This document shows, in pieces, positions 56,622 through 64,000 of a DNA stretch of 64,000 nucleotides. The position numbers were made by a program, and so were the translations under genes. Source of the stretch: an uncultured Verrucomicrobiae bacterium (lineage in GTDB: Bacteria > Verrucomicrobiota > Verrucomicrobiia > Chthoniobacterales > UBA10450). Numbering within the stretch: the stretch's first letter is position 1; each line of letters starts with the position of its first letter. Where the stretch lies: the NCBI GenBank assembly GCA_963728955.1, contig CAVSMG010000019.1, positions 104,275 to 168,274 on the forward strand, read 5' to 3'. The notes below the pieces were generated by a model that worked only from the letters and a program-made list of their open reading frames with translations, was not told the origin of the DNA and ran no database searches.

Positions 56622-56914
56622 TGCGGCTCGTCCTTCATCCGGAGGTTTATTCGGATATTGACCAGATAGTGGCTTATTACGAGTAAATCGCTACCATGGA
56701 TCTCGCGAACGACTTCGACGCCGAGTTGCGGCACCTCATGAAGGCAGCGGCTGCCCGACCCAACTCTTTCGCAATTCGCAAACGCGATGTCCGGCGAGCG
56801 AACCTCCATCGATTCCCTTATCATTTTCTTTTCAGAGTCGTTGGCGATGAGGTTCGTATTCTTGTGGTTCGTCACCACAGCCGACGTCCATCTCTGGGAA
56901 TCCGGCGCCGATGA
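56621..56914 (+). pseudogene. RelE/ParE-family toxin with an in-frame TAA at codon 22
   Basis: MRLVLHPEVYSDIDQIVAYYE-TAA(56684-56686)-IATMDLANDFDAELRHL...FPYHFLFRVVGDEVRILVVRHHSRRP, all in the same frame throughout. The stop overlaps the ftcD start (ATGA). Confidence 0.6.
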
Positions 56915-58599
56915 AAAAACTGATCGAATGCGTGCCGAATTTCTCTGAGGGACGCGACGAGAATGTGATTCGGCAGATCACGGGTGCGATTGAATCCGTG
57001 GACGGCGTTTCGCTGCTTGATGTTGATCCCGGAGCGAGCACGAACCGGACGGTAGTGACCTTTGTCGGAAATCCCGATGCCGCAGTGGAGGCTGCGTTTC
57101 GGGCGATCAAGAAAGCGGCGGAGTTAATCGATATGCGCAAACACAAAGGCGCACACCCTCGGATGGGCGCCACGGACGTTTGCCCGTTCATTCCGGTGAG
57201 CAACGTGAGTTGGGAAGAAGCGGTGGAATGCACGAGCCGCCTCGGGAAACGAGTCGGCGAGGAATTAAAAATCCCGGTCTATCTCTACGAAAAAGCTGCG
57301 AGGCATAAATCACGGGCAAACCTTGCCGTGATTCGGGCGGGTGAATACGAAGCGTTCTTCGAAAAAATAAAACAACCCGAATGGAAACCGGATTTCGGTC
57401 TCGCTGTTTTCAACGAGAGATCGGGCGCGACGGTGATCGGTGTTCGTGATTTCCTGATTGCGTACAACGCGAACCTGAACACTAAATCAGTGCGGCGCGC
57501 GAACTCGGTCGCATTTGATGTGCGGGAGCAGGGAAGAGTGAAGACCGCGGACGGCACGCCATCGGGAAAACCGGTGCTGGACACCAACGGTGAGCCGGTC
57601 CGCATTCCCGGGATATTGAAACACGTGAAAGCAATTGGCTGGTTCGTGAAGGAATACGGGATCGCACAGGTCTCGATGAATCTGACGAACATCGAGGAGA
57701 CGCCTCTACATGCGGCGTTCGGCGCGTGCGTTGAGTCAGCCGCGAGTCGTGGGTTGCGTGTAACGGGCTCCGAGGTTGTCGGCATGGTGCCGAAAAAATC
57801 CTTGCTCGATGCCGGCCGTTATTTTCTCCGTAAACAACGATGGTCGGAGGGCATTTCGGAACAAGAACTAATCGACATTGCTGTTCGCTCCATGGGCCTG
57901 GGCGAACTGAAGCCTTTCGATCCCAAGGAGAAGGTGATCGAATTAAAGATCGAATCAGCTGAAATTACGCCGTCGCTCGCCAAATTGAAGGTGCGTGACT
58001 TTTGTAATGAAACCTTGAGCGATTCGCCCGCGCCGGGAGGCGGTTCGGTAGCAGCGTTGATGGGCGCTCTCGGCGCATCGTTAGGCGGAATGGTGGCCAA
58101 TCTCTCCGCTGGCAAACGCGGCTGGGACGATCAACTCGCGTATTTCAGCAATTGGGCGGTCAGGGCGCAACAACTCAAGGATGAATTGTTGTCGCTCGTC
58201 GATGAGGATACGGCCGCGTTCAATAAAGTGATGGACGCATTCGGGCTGGCGAAAGAGTCACCGGAAGAAAAAGCAGCGCGCGCGGCGGCGATCGAAGAGG
58301 CCACAACACATGCAGCCGAGGTTCCGTTGAAAGTAATGGGAACCGCGTCCAAGTCTTACGAGTTGCTTGCCGAGATGGCCGGCAAAGGGAATCCCGCATC
58401 GGTTTCGGACGTGGGCGTCGGTGCACTTGCCACACGCGCATGCATTGAAGGAGCAGCGTTGAACGTGCGGATTAATCTCGGGCAACTGAAAGACAAAAAC
58501 TTCAAAACACTGCTCGCCAACAAAGTCAAAACAATCAGCGCAGACTCCGAGGCGGAGTTCAAAAAGATCAACCAGGTCATGGAAGATAAACTGGGTTGA
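56911..58599 (+). CDS. ftcD: Bifunctional glutamate formimidoyltransferase / formimidoyltetrahydrofolate cyclodeaminase
   Basis: LIECVPNFSEGRD... (transferase N-domain) and the C-terminal cyclodeaminase helical domain (SPAPGGGSVAALMGALGASLGGMV). Confidence 0.85.
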   Translation: MKKLIECVPNFSEGRDENVIRQITGAIESVDGVSLLDVDPGASTNRTVVTFVGNPDAAVEAAFRAIKKAAELIDMRKHKGAHPRMGATDVCPFIPVSNVSWEEAVECTSRLGKRVGEELKIPVYLYEKAARHKSRANLAVIRAGEYEAFFEKIKQPEWKPDFGLAVFNERSGATVIGVRDFLIAYNANLNTKSVRRANSVAFDVREQGRVKTADGTPSGKPVLDTNGEPVRIPGILKHVKAIGWFVKEYGIAQVSMNLTNIEETPLHAAFGACVESAASRGLRVTGSEVVGMVPKKSLLDAGRYFLRKQRWSEGISEQELIDIAVRSMGLGELKPFDPKEKVIELKIESAEITPSLAKLKVRDFCNETLSDSPAPGGGSVAALMGALGASLGGMVANLSAGKRGWDDQLAYFSNWAVRAQQLKDELLSLVDEDTAAFNKVMDAFGLAKESPEEKAARAAAIEEATTHAAEVPLKVMGTASKSYELLAEMAGKGNPASVSDVGVGALATRACIEGAALNVRINLGQLKDKNFKTLLANKVKTISADSEAEFKKINQVMEDKLG

Positions 58600-58753
58600 A
58601 GCGTCAAACGGGCGTAATTCCTCCTAGTCATGTTGAGCAAAGCGAAACAACTCTGGTTATCACGGCTTGCCGGAGAACTACTCAGAGATTCTTTATTTCG
58701 GTCAAAATGACAACGGTAACTTCTGCCGTGGCGCCTCAGTGCTGGAATGCTCA

Positions 58754-60034
58754 ATGAGTTCACTTGCTGTCCTTCACGCCTCGCAGCTTGTTACTTTGGC
58801 CGGACCAACGCGCCCGCGTACCGAGACGGAGATGTCCGAACTCAGGATCATTCCTGATGGCGGGCTGCTTATCCACAACGGCAAGATCGAGCTTGTCGGG
58901 CCGAGCGATGAGATCGAGAGAAACTTGACTGCTTTAAGCAGTCAAGTTTCAACCGAGCGGGGCGCGCCGGAAATTGTCGACGCGGGTGGTCGCGTTGTTC
59001 TTCCGGGATTTGTCGATGCTCATACGCATTTGGTTTTCGCGGGCAATCGGCTCGACGACTTTGAGCGACGCGCGATAGGCGAAACTTACGAGCAGATCGC
59101 AAAAGCGGGCGGCGGAATTTGGTCAACCGTTCAAAAGACGCGCGCTGCCAGCGAAGCCGATCTTTTCGCGTACGGAAAGAAACACGCGAAGTGGCTCCTG
59201 CGCTGTGGGACCACGACGGCCGAAGCGAAGTCGGGGTACGGACTGACTCTTGAAGATGAGTTGAAGATTCTGCGTGTAATGCGGCAATTGAAGAAGGAAC
59301 TACCGTTGGAAATCGTGCCGACCTTTCTCGGGGCGCACGCCGTTCCGCGGGAAGTCTTGCAGAAGGAATACGTCGATCTTGTGATCACGGAAATGTTGCC
59401 TCGAGTCGCGGCGGAAAATTTGGCGGAATTTTGCGACGTTTTTTGCGATCGGGGCTACTTCGATATCGATCAGTCGCGCAAAATTTTGTGGGCAGCCAAA
59501 GAGCTCGGGTTGCAATTGCGCGGGCACGTCGATCAATTAACAGATTCCGGCGGTGCGCAATTGATGGCGGAAGTGGGGGCGACGACAGCGGATCACCTCG
59601 AGCAAACGGACCGGCAGGGGATCGCCGCATTGAAGAAGGCAAATGTGCAACCGGTTTTGCTGCCGGGTTCGGTTTACGCGCTTGCGGCCAGGCGCTATCC
59701 GGCTGCACGAGAGATGATCGACGCCGGGCTCGCAATTGTGATCGCGACCGATTTCAATCCTGGATCCTCACCCACGCCAAGCATGCCGATGGTTCTATCG
59801 CTCGCTTGCACACAAATGAAAATGTCGCCCGCGGAAGCGATCATCGCGTCAACGATCAACGCAGCATACAGCCTTAATCGCGGCAACAGGATTGGCTCGC
59901 TTGAGCCGGGCAAACTTGCCAACCTCGCAATCTTTGACTGTGAAGATTATCGTGAGTTGGCCTATTGGTTTGGTTTCCCGCAGACACATTCGGTGTATGT
60001 CCGTGGTAAGTGTGTTTCGACAAGCGATCTCTAG
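58754..60034 (+). CDS. hutI: Imidazolonepropionase
   Basis: [21 protein letters not shown], and [10 protein letters not shown]. The start is placed at MSSLAVLHA (58754). Confidence 0.9.
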   Translation: MSSLAVLHASQLVTLAGPTRPRTETEMSELRIIPDGGLLIHNGKIELVGPSDEIERNLTALSSQVSTERGAPEIVDAGGRVVLPGFVDAHTHLVFAGNRLDDFERRAIGETYEQIAKAGGGIWSTVQKTRAASEADLFAYGKKHAKWLLRCGTTTAEAKSGYGLTLEDELKILRVMRQLKKELPLEIVPTFLGAHAVPREVLQKEYVDLVITEMLPRVAAENLAEFCDVFCDRGYFDIDQSRKILWAAKELGLQLRGHVDQLTDSGGAQLMAEVGATTADHLEQTDRQGIAALKKANVQPVLLPGSVYALAARRYPAAREMIDAGLAIVIATDFNPGSSPTPSMPMVLSLACTQMKMSPAEAIIASTINAAYSLNRGNRIGSLEPGKLANLAIFDCEDYRELAYWFGFPQTHSVYVRGKCVSTSDL

Positions 60035-60058
60035 TTCGTTAGAAGGAACTATCAAAGA

Positions 60059-60433
60059 ATGTCGGCAGACGAAGAAATCTCGAACCTGGAAAAGGAATTC
60101 GCCGAAGCAATCGTGAAAAACGATGCAGAAAGCATTGGACGATTTGTTGCAGATGACTGGATCATCATTGATCCCGATGGAGGAATTGCTGACAAGGCCC
60201 GTTTCCTCAGCGTGGTGAAGTCGGGCGCCTTGACCCACGAGATGATGGAGTCCGACGATATCCGGGTGCGCGTTTATGGAGATAGCGCAGTTGTTACGGC
60301 ATTGACCAGGACGAAAGGGAAATTCATGGGACAAGACTTTAGCACGCAGGAGCGGGCGACCGATGTTTTTGTAAAGCGAGATGGCCGCTGGCAGTGTGTT
60401 GTGTCGCATCTCACCCGGTTTACAAAGAAATAA
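60059..60433 (+). CDS. NTF2-like (SnoaL/DUF4440) family protein
   Basis: 124 aa with FAEAIVKNDAESIGRFVADDWIIIDPDG ... VFVKRDGRWQCVVSHLT, typical of DUF4440. Confidence 0.7.
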   Translation: MSADEEISNLEKEFAEAIVKNDAESIGRFVADDWIIIDPDGGIADKARFLSVVKSGALTHEMMESDDIRVRVYGDSAVVTALTRTKGKFMGQDFSTQERATDVFVKRDGRWQCVVSHLTRFTKK

Positions 60434-60535
60434 TCCCAGCGGCCAGCCTGCCTTCGCGAAGGCCAAGACGTGCCGCGGAGACCGCCGCTGCCCGGCAAAT
60501 TGCGGCACGCATTGAGCGCCGCTACACTCATTACA

Positions 60536-61873
60536 ATGAAAGTTGAAGTCGAAAAACAGCCGGGCTCCGTCTCGAAGCTGCAGATTGAATTACGCGCCGA
60601 GGAGGTGTCGAGAGAATGGGACGCCATCGCAAACAGCTTTGCGCGTTTCGCCAAAATTCCAGGGTACCGCCGGGTAAGGCCCCCCGCGCAGTGATCGATA
60701 AAAGGTTTCGCAAGGAAATCCAGGACGAACTCACGAAGAAATTGATCTCGAAAAGTTATCACGAAGCGGTCGAACAAGAGCAACTGCGCGTGGCTTCGGT
60801 GACGAATATTGATGATATCCATTTTGGCGAGGATAAGTCGATGCGCTTCAGGGCGACGGTCGTCACTGCGCCGGAATTCGAGGTTCCGGATTACAAGAAT
60901 ATTGCCGTGCAACTCCCGCCTAGAAAGGTTTCGGAAGGGGAAGTCGACGGGGCGCTGGAACGTCTGCGTGATCAATCGGCTGATTTTGTGGATGTGCCGG
61001 AGCGCGCGTTGCAAATGAGCGATTTTGCCGTCCTCGATTTCGAGGGATCGGTGGATGACAAGCCGATTAGTGAAATCGCGCCGCAAGCGAGCAAGAATTT
61101 GCAGGGCGGCAAAAAATTCTGGCTACATTTGGCTCCCGAAAACTTTCTGCCGAAATTTTGCGAGCAATTGATCGGACTAAAACCAGGTGAAACGCGGCTG
61201 GTGATCGTCAATTTCCCAGATGATTTTCCGGCGAAAGAACTTGCCGGAAAGAAAGCGGATTACGCCGTTACGTTGCGCGAGATCAAGGAAAAAGTGTTGC
61301 CTGCGATCGACGACGCGCTTGCAGGCAAGCTGGTCCCCGGCAAAACGCTTGCCGATCTTCGCCAGATGATCGAGCACGACCTGGAGCACGCGAAAGAGAA
61401 TGATGCCGAACGGGCGAAGGAAGCTCAAATTGTGAAGTATCTTGCACGAGCGAATCCAGTTCGACCTGCCTCCGCCGCTTTTGCAAAATGAAACTCGCCA
61501 CGCGCTCGCCGAATTAGTTCAACGGAATCGGGAACGAGGGGTCACCGACGACATGCTCAAGGAAAAAGAAAAAGAATTGATTGATGCCGCCGCGAGCATG
61601 GCGGTGCACCGGTTGAAAACAAATTTCATTCTGCAGCGCATCGCGGAGAGCGAAAAGATTCAGGTCACAAAGGAAGATCTCGATTCGCATATCAAGCAGG
61701 AGGCGGCGCGTTACGACATTTCGCCGGAGAAAATGCGCAAAGAATTGCAACAACGAAACGCGCTGGACGATGTCTCCGAACAGCTTCTACTGGGCAAGAC
61801 TCTTGATTTCTTAAAGTCGAATGTTAGCATCGAATTAACGAAAGAACCCACCGTCAAAGAAGAGAAATCATGA
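60536..61873 (+). pseudogene. tig: Trigger factor, two frameshifts (possibly artefacts)
   Basis: MKVEVEKQPGSVSKLQIEL...IPGYR joins PGKAPRAVIDKRF... near 60670 (CC versus CCC). ...AQIVKYL joins HERIQFDLPPPLLQNE... near 61445. It is followed by clpP-clpX in the classical order. Confidence 0.85.
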
Positions 61874-62565
61874 GAGTGTCGAACGAAAATGTCTCGCAAG
61901 TGCTGGTTCCGATGGTCGTGGAACAGACTGGCCGGGGCGAACGCAGCTACGATATTTACTCGCGGTTGCTGAAGGACCGCATCGTTTTCGTCGGCCAGGT
62001 CGACGATCACATTGCAAATCTCGTGATCGCGCAGTTACTCTTTCTTCAAATGGAGAACGGCAAAAAGGACATCAATCTCTATATCAACTCACCCGGTGGC
62101 GTGGTGACGGCGGGGCTGGCGATTTACGACACGATGCAGTTTCTGACGTGCGACGTGGTGACGTATTGCATCGGTATGGCGGCCAGCATGGGTGCGGTGT
62201 TGCTGTGTGCTGGGACCAAAGGCAAACGGTTCGCTTTACCGAATTCCGACATCATGATTCATCAGGTACACGGCGGCGCACAAGGACAGGCCAGCGATGT
62301 GGAGCGCCAGGTCGATTACATGTTTAAGCTCAAAAAGCGTATCATTCGCATCATCTCGCAGCACACCGGCAAATCGGAAGAGCAAGTCCGAGTCGATTCG
62401 GATCGCGATTACTACATGTCTGCGGATGAAGCCAAGGCATACGGTTTGGTGGACGAAGTGATTAAATCGCGGAAGGAAGTAAAGTTGCTGGACGGCAGCA
62501 CGCCCCCGGGTGGTCGACTGGTGGAAGTGCCCGACGCAGTCGTATCTCGGAAGACGACGGGGTAA
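61870..62565 (+). CDS. clpP: ATP-dependent Clp protease proteolytic subunit
   Basis: [40 protein letters not shown] (Ser), and IMIHQ (His). The start overlaps the tig stop. Confidence 0.9.
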   Translation: MRVSNENVSQVLVPMVVEQTGRGERSYDIYSRLLKDRIVFVGQVDDHIANLVIAQLLFLQMENGKKDINLYINSPGGVVTAGLAIYDTMQFLTCDVVTYCIGMAASMGAVLLCAGTKGKRFALPNSDIMIHQVHGGAQGQASDVERQVDYMFKLKKRIIRIISQHTGKSEEQVRVDSDRDYYMSADEAKAYGLVDEVIKSRKEVKLLDGSTPPGGRLVEVPDAVVSRKTTG

Positions 62566-62587
62566 CCGGCACAATAAAAGCACGCAT

Positions 62588-63868
62588 ATGGCCCGCGCTT
62601 CCAACCTCACCATGTGCTCTTTCTGTGGCAAAAGCCATGCCGAGGTGCGAAAGCTCATCGCCGGGCCCGGCGTTTACATCTGCGATAGCTGCATCAACGT
62701 TTGCAAGAGCATCCTCGATAAGGAACTGAACGAAGACGCCCGGCGTCAGTCGTCAAATATTCGTGTGCCAAAGCCGGCGGAAATACGGCACGGGCTCGAT
62801 CAATATGTTGTCGGCCAGGACACCGCGAAGAAGACGCTTTCGGTGGCGGTGCACAATCACTATAAGCGCGTCCTACAAATTGCCGTACCGGCGGACTCGT
62901 CAGCTGCGTTCCAAACCGATCCGTTCGCGGACGTTGAAATCGAGAAGAGCAATATTTTGCTTATCGGCCCGACTGGCTCCGGCAAGACGTTGCTTGCCAA
63001 AACGCTCGCCAGAGTCCTCGACGTCCCGTTCTGCATTGCTGATGCGACGACGCTGACCGAAGCCGGTTATGTCGGCGAAGACGTTGAGAACATCATTCTG
63101 CGATTGCTGCAAAACGCCGATTACGATGTGAAGCGTGCTGAGATCGGGATCGTTTACATCGACGAGATCGATAAAATCGGACGCAAAACCGACAACGTGA
63201 GCATCACCCGCGATGTATCCGGTGAGGGCGTGCAGCAGGCGCTATTGAAAATTTTGGAAGGCAGCACCTGTAATGTTCCGCCTCAGGGAGGCCGCAAGCA
63301 CCCGCATCAGGAATACATTCAGGTCAACACCGAAAAGATTCTGTTTATTTGCGGTGGGGCATTTATTGGCCTGGACAAGATCATCCAAAAGCGCATCGGC
63401 CAAAAGGTCATGGGTTTCGGCAGCCCGACCCTCGAAGTGGAGGAAGCGATGCGAAAAGAGTCGATCCGCCACGTGGAACCGGAAGACTTGCTCGCGTTCG
63501 GCATGATACCTGAATTCATCGGGCGCCTCCCGGTTGTGAGTTCGCTGGACGCGCTTACCGAGGATGAAATGGTGGCGATATTGACCGAAACAAAAAACGC
63601 GATGGTCAAGCAGTACACCAAGCTTTTCTCAATGGAAGGAGTCCGGCTCACAGTGACCAAAGACGCACTGCGCGCTCTCGCGGCCCAGGCGGTGACAAAA
63701 GGCACAGGTGCTCGCGCGCTTCGTTCGATGCTCGAACGCATCATGCTCGATATCATGTACGATGTGCCGAGCCGGGAAGACATCGCCGAAGTCACGATCA
63801 ACCGCGCGGTCGTCGAGGGCAAAAGAGTTCCGCTGATTCGAAAGAAACAGGACAAGAGCGCTGCCTGA
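62588..63868 (+). CDS. clpX: ATP-dependent Clp protease ATP-binding subunit ClpX
   Basis: Zinc-binding domain CSFCGK...[10 protein letters not shown], Walker A GPTGSGKT, Walker [11 protein letters not shown], and the IGF-type loop (MGFGSP). Confidence 0.9.
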   Translation: MARASNLTMCSFCGKSHAEVRKLIAGPGVYICDSCINVCKSILDKELNEDARRQSSNIRVPKPAEIRHGLDQYVVGQDTAKKTLSVAVHNHYKRVLQIAVPADSSAAFQTDPFADVEIEKSNILLIGPTGSGKTLLAKTLARVLDVPFCIADATTLTEAGYVGEDVENIILRLLQNADYDVKRAEIGIVYIDEIDKIGRKTDNVSITRDVSGEGVQQALLKILEGSTCNVPPQGGRKHPHQEYIQVNTEKILFICGGAFIGLDKIIQKRIGQKVMGFGSPTLEVEEAMRKESIRHVEPEDLLAFGMIPEFIGRLPVVSSLDALTEDEMVAILTETKNAMVKQYTKLFSMEGVRLTVTKDALRALAAQAVTKGTGARALRSMLERIMLDIMYDVPSREDIAEVTINRAVVEGKRVPLIRKKQDKSAA

Positions 63869-63876
63869 TTCGGCAG

Positions 63877-64000
63877 AAAACGCCGAACGCCGAAGCTCGA
63901 ACGCTGAAGGTCGAATTACATAATGGCGTTGGCCATTTCGCCGGCGTGGTGATCATCTGAATTCGGCATTGGACGTTGGGCGTTGGGCGTTGGACGTTTA
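63877..64000. repeat. Imperfect inverted short-period arrays downstream of clpX (runs to the window edge)
   Basis: The left arm is AACGCCGAACGCCGAAGCTCGAACGCTGAAGGTCGAAT (about 63880-63917). The right arm is ATTCGGCATTGGACGTTGGGCGTTGGGCGTTGGACGTT (63961-63998). The arms are related as an inverted repeat. Confidence 0.5.

Overview
This 64-kb chromosomal window probably comes from a Verrucomicrobia/PVC-type bacterium. That placement is an inference from several features: a VPDGGS-type PEP-CTERM tail, prepilin-like [13 protein letters not shown] proteins, GxxExxY proteins, an Amuc_1098-1101-like pilus/secretin locus, and dense HEWT/cacgaat decamer repeats.

Housekeeping content:
- Two-ORF cobalamin-dependent methionine synthase, tRNA-Pro, trpS, asd, and tig-clpP-clpX.
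- A histidine-utilisation operon, hutH-hutU-[TA pair]-ftcD-hutI.
- A GH15 glucoamylase, an acyl-CoA carboxylase beta subunit with an enoyl-CoA hydratase, and UDP-glucuronate decarboxylase.

Accessory and unusual content:
1. A complete-looking HUH/Y1 (RayT-type) transposase domain lies in-frame inside metH, bounded by 13-bp inverted repeats. A REP-derived sequence sits exactly where metH splits into two ORFs.
2. A tightly coupled four-gene minus-strand cassette (22794-27485) encodes two ClpB-D2-like AAA+ ATPases, one membrane-anchored, a membrane-anchored parallel beta-helix protein and a TM protein. I cannot assign it to any named system.
3. A PilM/secretin pilus-like locus (34340-42170) is followed by two tandem repeat/coiled-coil proteins and a prepilin-like gene. 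Two dead GxxExxY (PD-(D/E)XK) cassettes, each bounded by 30-bp inverted repeats, have inserted into it, and it is riddled with frameshifts.
4. There are at least two REP families, one flanking a free-standing RayT gene in a REPtron-like arrangement.
5. Three toxin-antitoxin modules are present, each with a damaged toxin.

Many genes are frameshifted, and several breaks sit in homopolymers or hit housekeeping genes, so assembly indel error is a serious alternative to real decay.

All homology calls rest on motifs recognised by eye. Frameshift positions are approximate.
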